NCBI GenBank assembly: GCA_039679545.1
Contig: JBDKUT010000056.1
Location: 1 to 14,683, forward strand
Direction: 5' to 3'
DNA: 14,683 nucleotides
Source of the DNA: Thermotogota bacterium
GTDB taxonomy: Bacteria; Bipolaricaulota; Bipolaricaulia; UBA7950; UBA9294
Part shown: piece after piece, positions 1 to 5,885 of the stretch
How the letters are laid out: each line of letters opens with the position of its first letter
How positions within the stretch are numbered: position 1 is the first letter of the stretch
Notes under the pieces: model-generated
Seen by the model: only the letters and a program-made list of their open reading frames with translations
The model's database searches: none
What the model was told of the DNA's origin: nothing
Program-made: the position numbers and the translations under genes

Positions 1-330
1 GAGCGGTTCTTCCCCGACATCATCACGAGGCTGCCCCGCGCCGACGAGGCGGGCGACCCGGTCCGCACGTACTTCTTGCAGGGGGAACAGATGCAGATCG
101 CGTTCGCGGCCTTCGACGAGGACGTGAGCGCGCCGGAGGAGGCGCACCCGGCGCAGTGGGTCGCCGTCTTGGAAGGTGAGGTCGAACTGACGATCGCCGG
201 CAAGACGACGGTCTACCGCAAGGGGGATGCGTACTTCATCCCGGCAGATGTTCCCCACGCCGCGCGCATCAAGAAGGGCTCCCGGCTGCTCGACGTCTTC
301 GATCAGGTCGATCGGTTCCGCGCCCAGTAG
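1..330 (+). CDS. Cupin domain protein (cupin_2-like), 5' end outside window
   Basis: Frame is open from base 1 (ERFFPDIITRLPRAD...YFLQGEQMQIAF). Cupin motif 1-like PEEAHPAQWVAVLEGEVELTI and motif 2 GDAYFIPADVPH. Stop TAG 328-330. Confidence 0.85.
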   Translation, partial: ERFFPDIITRLPRADEAGDPVRTYFLQGEQMQIAFAAFDEDVSAPEEAHPAQWVAVLEGEVELTIAGKTTVYRKGDAYFIPADVPHAARIKKGSRLLDVFDQVDRFRAQ

Positions 331-394
331 AGGAGCGGCAGCGCACGCCCCTGCGGCTGCGGGACTCGGCCCATTGAAGCGGAGAACCAAGAGT

Positions 395-416
395 CGGCGC
401 GACGTTCTGGAGACTC
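395..416 (+). promoter_or_regulatory. Conserved upstream motif of SnoaL-like gene, copy 1
   Basis: CGGCGCGACGTTCTGGAGACTC matches 8041-8062 at 19/22 positions and begins 86 nt before ATG 481. Confidence 0.55.
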
Positions 417-480
417 TGGGGAGACTCCCCTCGCCGACACTCCACGCCATCTCAGCCAGTGACGAGGCAAGGTGACGAGG

Positions 481-945
481 ATGAGCAAGAAGTCCCAGAT
501 AGACGAGAAGGCCGTGATTGAGCAGGTCGTCAAGGACAGCATCCTGTGGGCGCTCACGAAGAACGTGCAGATGCAGAAGGACACGATGGCCCACGACGAG
601 GACCTGTTGATCATCTGGACGGGCTCGACGCACATCACGAGAGGCTGGAAGGAGCACGAGAAGTCATTCGAGGGGTGGCTCGACCCGCGCTTTGCGGCCG
701 TGCGGACCGAGGTTCGCGATCTTGAGGTTCACCTCTCCCGCTCGGGCGACGTGGCCTGGTACTTCGCCAACCTCGACGACGTCGTCTCGTGGGAGGGCAA
801 GGCGAGCAAGTTCGGCGAGGGGCTCCGCTGGACGGGCGTGCTCGAGAAGCGCGACGGCCGCTGGGTCATCGTCCAGATGCACGCCTCGCTCCCCGTTGAC
901 AAGGTCCGCGACATCGTGATGAAGGACCTCAAGCCGGGCGCGTGA
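481..945 (+). CDS. SnoaL-like / nuclear transport factor 2 (NTF2) family protein, copy 1
   Basis: Typical C-terminal signature SGDVAW...RWTGVLEKRDGRWVIVQMHAS. ATG 481 is chosen because it aligns with the paralog start (MSK) and follows AAGGTGA. Confidence 0.85.
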   Translation: MSKKSQIDEKAVIEQVVKDSILWALTKNVQMQKDTMAHDEDLLIIWTGSTHITRGWKEHEKSFEGWLDPRFAAVRTEVRDLEVHLSRSGDVAWYFANLDDVVSWEGKASKFGEGLRWTGVLEKRDGRWVIVQMHASLPVDKVRDIVMKDLKPGA

Positions 946-955
946 TCCCGGCTTT
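931..955 (+). terminator. Possible terminator/3' hairpin between convergent genes
   Basis: AAGCCGGG(931-938)/CCCGGCTT(947-954) 8-bp stem with the TGA stop in the loop. Only a short T run follows. Confidence 0.4.
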
Positions 956-960
956 CGCCC

Positions 961-1512
961 TCAGCAGCGACCGACGACCTCCCGCGCGAACGCCCGAGCT
1001 TTCGTCTCGTCGTCTGCGGTGGGGTGCTTCCGGGTCTCGGCGATGTAGCCGGGCCATTCGTGAGCATCCTTGATCACGGCCACGCGAATGAAGAGCTCGA
1101 TCGGCTTCGACGGCTTTCCCTGGCAGCTGAAGAACCCGCACCACCGGAGTCCCTTGGCTGCGCAAGCTCGCTCGAACGACCCGGCGCACTTCCCCGCCCA
1201 CTCGCCGTGCAGCTCCCGCTGCCTCTCCCCGCCCTCCGGCGTATAGGTCGAGTGGGTGACGAAGCCTGCAAGCCTCTCGCCGGGCGAGGACTCCATGGCC
1301 TCAAGGAGATGCTTCACCGGCTTGGCGAGATCCGCGCTGTGGCAGGGCGACCCCACGAAGACCAAGTCGTAGCCCGTGAGGTCGTTCGACCTTGCGCCAC
1401 GAATCTCTCTCAGAGTGGCCTCGTGGCCAAGCGATTCGAGCTCGCCGTGGATCGCTTGCGCGATCTTCCTGGTGTTCCCCGTCTGGGTGTAGTACGCAAC
1501 GAGAACTCGCAT
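961..1512 (-). CDS. Flavodoxin family protein
   Basis: N-terminal FMN phosphate-binding loop VAYYTQTGNTRKIA, then YDLVFVGSP. SD AAGGAG is 5 nt upstream of ATG 1512, favouring it over GTG 1518. Confidence 0.85.
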   Translation of the reverse strand: MRVLVAYYTQTGNTRKIAQAIHGELESLGHEATLREIRGARSNDLTGYDLVFVGSPCHSADLAKPVKHLLEAMESSPGERLAGFVTHSTYTPEGGERQRELHGEWAGKCAGSFERACAAKGLRWCGFFSCQGKPSKPIELFIRVAVIKDAHEWPGYIAETRKHPTADDETKARAFAREVVGRC

Positions 1513-1575
1513 CTTCACTCCTTACCGCTCGCCCTACCGGGCAGCGCGGAACCCTAAGGCGGGAGCCCGTGAGTT

Positions 1576-1995
1576 CTACGCAAGCCACGTGAGCGTCAGT
1601 CCGTAGAGCACGCCGAGAACGAGCATCTCCGCGAGTCCCGTGGCGAGCCCGTAGAGCACGGTCTTCGCGGAAACGCGGAACATCATCCACTGCGAGGCGG
1701 CGGACATCACGACGCGGAAGAACCAGGCGAAGAGCCCGAAGAAGAGTCCCTTCACGAGGCCGGTCGCGCCGGGCAGGCTCTGCCAGATCAAGAGGTAGAT
1801 GCCGGCCATCGCGAAGCCGTACGCGAGGTCCAGCGCAATGCCGGCCGGAAGGTTGAGCGCGGTCCGCGCGATCGGCTTATAGACCTCGTTCAGCCTTCGA
1901 GCGAGGGGATTCCCGTTGATGACGCCGTCGAGAATGCCAAACAGGACTCCGCTTCCGACGCTGACCAGAACGTAGGTGAGCGAACGGACTTCCAT
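1576..1995 (-). CDS. Hypothetical integral membrane protein (about 4 TM segments)
   Basis: 139 aa with four hydrophobic stretches, a KGLFFGLFAWFF segment and GC3-rich codons. Fills the gap between brnA and flavodoxin. Confidence 0.75.
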   Translation of the reverse strand: MEVRSLTYVLVSVGSGVLFGILDGVINGNPLARRLNEVYKPIARTALNLPAGIALDLAYGFAMAGIYLLIWQSLPGATGLVKGLFFGLFAWFFRVVMSAASQWMMFRVSAKTVLYGLATGLAEMLVLGVLYGLTLTWLA

Positions 1996-2001
1996 CTTGG
2001 C

Positions 2002-2229
2002 CTAGGTCGCAGTTCTCTCGAAGTGCCGCGCCACAAGGACCTTGATGAGCGCCTGCCGTGGAACGCCAAGGCGCTTCGCCTCGCGGTCGAGGGACTCAAC
2101 CATCCATAGTGGGAAGTCGACGTTCACCCTCTTCTGCTCATGCCCCGGACGCCGCGCCTTCGTGAGGTCAAGAGCACTCGTGACGTCCTCGCTGGCGTCG
2201 AACCGGCGGTCAAACTCCTTCGCCTTCAT
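2002..2229 (-). CDS. brnA: BrnA-type antitoxin (CopG/RHH-like), type II TA system
   Basis: MKAKEFDRRFD...LDLTKARRP...KRVNVDFPLWMVESLDREAKRLGVPRQALIK is the characteristic BrnA/CopG-like antitoxin sequence. It overlaps the toxin 3' end by 20 nt. True start is ATG 2229, not the ORF-track start 2340. Confidence 0.9.
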   Translation of the reverse strand: MKAKEFDRRFDASEDVTSALDLTKARRPGHEQKRVNVDFPLWMVESLDREAKRLGVPRQALIKVLVARHFERTAT

Positions 2230-2479
2230 ACCAGGACACCTCCTCCCGTCTCGAGCGGCGCACGGAGATGATTCGGACCCGCTCCCCGCGCCGCGTGATG
2301 ACGGCCGACCAGGGCACGCCGGCAATGCGCCCGACAACAACCCAGCGTGGCTCGTCGGTCGTGCGCGCCGGGATCTCGATCAAGTCAGGGTCATCCCACA
2401 GCGCTTGGGCGGCAACGAAGTCGATCCCGTGTTTGGCTTCATTCGCCGCGCTTTTCGCGGGGTCGAACTCGAACTTCAT
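2210..2479 (-). CDS. brnT: BrnT family ribonuclease toxin (DUF497), type II TA system
   Basis: MKFEFDPAKSAANEAKHGIDF...EPRWVVVG...RIISVRR is the BrnT signature. 89 aa, toxin-first gene order. Confidence 0.92.
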   Translation of the reverse strand: MKFEFDPAKSAANEAKHGIDFVAAQALWDDPDLIEIPARTTDEPRWVVVGRIAGVPWSAVITRRGERVRIISVRRSRREEVSWYEGEGV

Positions 2480-2499
2480 GGTATGCATAGTATACCATG
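2477..2499 (-). promoter_or_regulatory. brnTA promoter (extended -10) overlapped by an inverted-repeat operator
   Basis: CATGGTAT-N7-ATACCATG inverted repeat. The minus strand reads TGgTATACT (hexamer 2494-2489), 9 nt before ATG 2479. Confidence 0.75.
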
Positions 2500-2553
2500 C
2501 GGGTATGGGACGACAACCGCCTGGAGATGCCTCAACACAGGCGGCGCAGCTTC

Positions 2554-2582
2554 TTGGACCGCCTACTGTTCGCGGATAGATT
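2554..2582 (+). promoter_or_regulatory. Putative sigma70-type promoter for the peroxiredoxin-like gene
   Basis: TTGGAC(2554-2559)-N17-TAGATT(2577-2582). Confidence 0.4.
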
Positions 2583-2607
2583 GGGGAGGTTCGAAAGGGG
2601 CTGCGAA

Positions 2608-3093
2608 TTGGCACGCGAGAGCAAGGTCCTAAAGGTTGGCGACACGGCGCCCGAGTTCGCGCTCCCGAACCCGCTCACGGGCGAGAGCCTGCGGCTCGCC
2701 GACCTCCTCGGGAAGCCGCTCCTTCTCTACTTCGGCCGCGGAATGTGGTGCCCGACGTGCCGGCAGTGGATGGACACGATCCAGAAGAACACGGCTGAAC
2801 TCGAGAAGCGCGGTGCCGGCGCTGTGTGCGTGATGCCGCAGAATCCGGCGAGCATGAAGCCGTACCTCGAGGCGAAGCGTTACCCCTTCCCCGTCCTGGC
2901 CGACGCCGCACGCGACGTCGTCAAACGTTACGGGGTCTACGTTCGCGCCAACTTCGAGTCGATCAACATCGCGCGCCCGGCGAACTTCGTCCTCGACCTG
3001 ACAGGAACGATCCGGTTCATCCACATCGCGAGCGTCCAGTTCGAGCACGCCTCGCTCCCCGACATCCTCGCGACGCTCGACGCGCTGACCTAG
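2608..3093 (+). CDS. Peroxiredoxin-like / AhpC-TSA (redoxin) family protein with CxxC
   Basis: LKVGDTAPEFALP...LLLYFGRGMWCPTC...YPFPVLAD...PANFVLD..GTIRF thioredoxin-fold pattern. Probable TTG start at 2608 after AAGGGG. The ORF-track N-terminal extension overlaps the brnT promoter. Confidence 0.85.
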   Translation: MARESKVLKVGDTAPEFALPNPLTGESLRLADLLGKPLLLYFGRGMWCPTCRQWMDTIQKNTAELEKRGAGAVCVMPQNPASMKPYLEAKRYPFPVLADAARDVVKRYGVYVRANFESINIARPANFVLDLTGTIRFIHIASVQFEHASLPDILATLDALT

Positions 3094-3488
3094 GGGCCGC
3101 CGGCGCGACGGGGAGCGCCCCGCACTTCGATTCCGCGCAGGTTCGAGAGAGTCCTAAGGCGGGCCGGATCGCCGACGAGGCGTCCGACCACGGTCACCGG
3201 CGACGCGGCGCAAGGCTTGTCCGTCGTGCTCGCCGGAGTCCTGCCGAAGAAGAGGCACAGCGCGGTTCCCGGAAGCCAGTACGCGACGTCGCCCACTTCG
3301 ACATCGGCACGCGGATTCTCCTCCGAAAGCTCCACCCCCACGTCGAAGTAGATCTCGTCGCCCCAGAAGGCGCCGTCTCCGCGCAGCGGAAGCGCGGCGA
3401 GGAGCTCCGACGCCGTCTTAGTCCCGTTCAGCTCTACAGGGATGGTCGTGCCATCGATCACGATCTCGATCGTGTGCGCGTGTGTCAT
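3090..3488 (-). CDS. Cyclophilin-like fold protein (TM1367/AF2241-like)
   Basis: Motifs TA..LLAALPL, WGDEIYF, GDVAYWLPGTALCLFFGRTPAS and ASPVTVVG. The stop overlaps the stop of the convergent gene at CTAG 3090-3093. Confidence 0.85.
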   Translation of the reverse strand: MTHAHTIEIVIDGTTIPVELNGTKTASELLAALPLRGDGAFWGDEIYFDVGVELSEENPRADVEVGDVAYWLPGTALCLFFGRTPASTTDKPCAASPVTVVGRLVGDPARLRTLSNLRGIEVRGAPRRAGGP

Positions 3489-3494
3489 GGTGCC

Positions 3495-3500
3495 AGTCTA
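3495..3500 (-). promoter_or_regulatory. -10 element of a probable leaderless transcript
   Basis: Minus strand TAGACT-ggcacc-ATG: 6 nt between hexamer and start codon, no SD. A 7-bp GC stem (3507-3513/3525-3531) separates it from the upstream gene stop. Confidence 0.6.
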
Positions 3501-3531
3501 GCGGATCCGCGCCCTGGCGGGCCTGGCGCGG

Positions 3532-4323
3532 CTAAAACGTGAGGACGAGGCCGACACCGGCTTCGATGTAGTTCGCGCCGAAAACTTCGCGGAACACGGC
3601 GCGAGCGACGTCGCCGGAGCAGTGCGTGGGCGCGACTTTGACTACGCCGAGAGCGAGGAGCTGCTGTGCAATCGAGCGGACGGCGGCTTCGCTCTCCTCA
3701 ACCAGGTGGAACCCGCCGATCACCAGGGCGATGGCTTCTCCGGGGAAGAGCGACTTCGCCGCCTCGACCATCTTGACGATTCCGGGATGGGCGCAGCCGG
3801 TGATCACGACGATGCCGGATGACGTGCGGACGCAGAGGGCCTCCTCGGTGACGGAGCCAAAGATCGGTCCGGTCAGCAGGGCGTTGGGGCAGATCTCGGT
3901 CGGGCCGGTGACCGGGATCGCGGCCGCCGCCTGGGCGGCAAGCTGTTGTTCCCAGCTCGTCGGGAACCACGACGGGACAAAGAGGGACATCGCAGATGGC
4001 AGAGGAAAGAGGCATGGAAGGCCTGCGACGTGATCGGGGTGCGGGTGGGAGAACGTCAGCACTCCGATCGTGGAGAACTCGACCTCTGCGGCCTTGAGGT
4101 TCGCCCGGATCGAGCACAGCGGCCCTCCGACGTCGAACAGGATCGTCTTGTCGAGCCCCGAAACGAGGCACGAAAACCCCCACTCCGACTGGAAGGCCGC
4201 GTCGTGAACATAGTTGTCGCAGAGGATCGTCAGGGTGACGGAGCGAGCATCCTGCGCAAGACAAAGCCACGAGACAGCCGTTGCCAGAACACACAGGAGA
4301 ACTGCGACCCCCACACGGCGCAT
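3532..4323 (-). CDS. MBL-fold metallo-hydrolase (TM1679/MJ0301-like subfamily) with signal peptide
   Basis: EWGFSCLV, ILFDVG, SHPHPDH (HxHxDH), TGCAHPG, IGGFHL and PTHCSG motifs. N-terminus MRRVGVAVLLCVLATAVSWLCLA. SD GAGGTG. Confidence 0.9.
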   Translation of the reverse strand: MRRVGVAVLLCVLATAVSWLCLAQDARSVTLTILCDNYVHDAAFQSEWGFSCLVSGLDKTILFDVGGPLCSIRANLKAAEVEFSTIGVLTFSHPHPDHVAGLPCLFPLPSAMSLFVPSWFPTSWEQQLAAQAAAAIPVTGPTEICPNALLTGPIFGSVTEEALCVRTSSGIVVITGCAHPGIVKMVEAAKSLFPGEAIALVIGGFHLVEESEAAVRSIAQQLLALGVVKVAPTHCSGDVARAVFREVFGANYIEAGVGLVLTF

Positions 4324-4557
4324 GCGCGACCACCTCGCGTCATCCTATCCGACCCACGCGATCCGGCTCAAGAAGAAGAGGAGCTATGAGGAGCACTCTG
4401 ATCGAGCCTGTGCACCTGTCGACGTCGGCCGCCAAGGCGAGACGCCCTGCCTGCGACGCTCGCCTCAAGACCCGGAGCGCCGGGGCCGCTTGAGAAACTG
4501 CGGGGGGCCGACTGAAGATCAGGGCGGGTCGGGAGCGCGGCGTGAGGAGGAGGGAAC

Positions 4558-5196
4558 ATGCGGCAAATCGTGTTGGCCCTTGTAGCGGTAGTCCTGGTTC
4601 TCACGGCGGGAGGACAACTCTGTCCAGCATCCGACGCCGTTCCGCCAAGAAGCTGTGGCACCGCACTGCTCGTCATCGACGTCCAGAACATCTGCGCTGC
4701 GTTGAGCACGCCGAGCGAGTGGACGACGATCGACGGGGTACAGCTCACGGAGAAACTCGTGAATGTTCTTGCCGCCGCCCGTGTCGCCGGGATTCCGATC
4801 GTGTACATCCAGTATGTGGCTCCCGGGTATGCCATCGGCGACCCGCAACTCAACACCGTCTCGGCGATTGCTCCGTTGCCCGGCGATCCGATTGTCTGGA
4901 AGACGAGGGCAGATTCGTTCCAGAACACGCCGCTTGCGAGCCTACTGAACGGGATTGGCGCTCATCGCCTCTTGCTCACCGGCCAATCGACCGACGTATG
5001 CGTCTATGCTACCGCCCTCGGGGCAGTCCGAAACGGCTACGAGACGTGGGTGATTGCCGACGCGCACGCAGGTCTCCGGAGCCGAACCGACCTTGCGCAC
5101 TACAACTCGATGTGGCCGAGCCTCGGCGTGTCCGCGATCGAGAGCGACAAGATCGACTTCGCGGCGTACGGGTGCGTCACACTGCCGTCGCCATAG
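4558..5196 (+). CDS. Isochorismatase / cysteine hydrolase family protein with signal peptide
   Basis: ALLVIDVQN (catalytic Asp), VWKTRADSF (Lys), GQSTDVCV (Cys), TALGA...GY...VIADAH. Strong SD GAGGAGGAGG and hydrophobic N-terminus. Confidence 0.9.
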   Translation: MRQIVLALVAVVLVLTAGGQLCPASDAVPPRSCGTALLVIDVQNICAALSTPSEWTTIDGVQLTEKLVNVLAAARVAGIPIVYIQYVAPGYAIGDPQLNTVSAIAPLPGDPIVWKTRADSFQNTPLASLLNGIGAHRLLLTGQSTDVCVYATALGAVRNGYETWVIADAHAGLRSRTDLAHYNSMWPSLGVSAIESDKIDFAAYGCVTLPSP

Positions 5197-5388
5197 AGGG
5201 ACCCGCGCCTTGACGGCCCCCGGGACTGCCTCACAGTCCTGGAGACGGCAGAATCGAGTCTTGCTGTCGCACATACGGCAGATGTGAAGTGGATGACGGA
5301 AGCTCGAAAGTCATTGGCCCCTCGACTAGCCGAGTGATAGCCTAAACTAGGAAACTGATACGTCGAGACGCGTTGCGGGAGGTGGACC

Positions 5389-5754
5389 ATGAACGGAGCA
5401 TCGAGCAGGAACGTGATGGACCGCGCCGGGGAGTTCCTTCGCCTGCGGCTTCCGGCTCGATTCGAGCGCCCGCGGGGAATCTACATCGCGGGCCTCTGCC
5501 TGCTGGTCGTTGTGACGACGGCGCTCGTGGGAAGCTTGTACGAGGGTCCGTGGTACTGGCAGATCTGGTACGGATTCTCCGTTAGCTTCCTCCTCCCGAT
5601 CCTTCTCCTTCTCGGGCTGCTTCTGCCAGTCCTCGCACTCACCGGCCTCTGGCTGCTGGGGCGGAGCCTCATCCTCGGCTCGATGGACGCCTTGCACGGC
5701 CTCAGAAGCGGAGAGAAGAGAAGCGACTCCAGTCCGACGCCGAGCGGCGCGTGA
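5389..5754 (+). CDS. Small hypothetical membrane protein (2-3 TM)
   Basis: SD GGAGGT 5 nt before ATG. Hydrophobic stretches IYIAGLCLLVVVTTALVG and FSVSFLLPILLLLGLLLPVLALTGLWLLG. No family recognised. Confidence 0.6.
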   Translation: MNGASSRNVMDRAGEFLRLRLPARFERPRGIYIAGLCLLVVVTTALVGSLYEGPWYWQIWYGFSVSFLLPILLLLGLLLPVLALTGLWLLGRSLILGSMDALHGLRSGEKRSDSSPTPSGA

Positions 5755-5822
5755 TGCTCTCGAGGCCTTGTGCTCCCATATCGCTCAGGCCTTCTGCGCT
5801 CTTAGCCACTTCACGTCGTTGG

Positions 5823-5851
5823 TTGACTCCCCGCCGCCGCAGACTTAGGCT
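5823..5851 (+). promoter_or_regulatory. sigma70-type promoter of the PKD lipoprotein gene
   Basis: TTGACT(5823-5828)-N17-TAGGCT(5846-5851), followed by SD GGGAGGTGG (5872-5880) and GTG 5886. Confidence 0.7.
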
Positions 5852-5885
5852 GGAAGCCGTGGCAAGCTTGCGGGAGGTGGGTTCC

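Noticed and set aside
331..480. Resemblance to SAM-I (GGGACTCGGCCC..TGAA) and glycine (GACTCTGG.GAGA..CGCCGA..TCTCAG) riboswitch fragments
   Set aside because: Essential cores are missing: no AUCNAGAG/GCAACC/GUGC for SAM-I, and no CCGAAG plus purine strand for glycine. These fragments are also not conserved upstream of the paralog.
2728..2760. Selenocysteine in the redoxin active site
   Set aside because: Codons are TGC-CCG-ACG-TGC (CPTC), with no in-frame TGA.
5266..5350. c-di-GMP-I-like words (GGCAGA, GACGGAAGC, GCCTAAAC)
   Set aside because: No GNRA-capped P2 stem in the right place, and the spacing and P3/P1 pairing do not fit.
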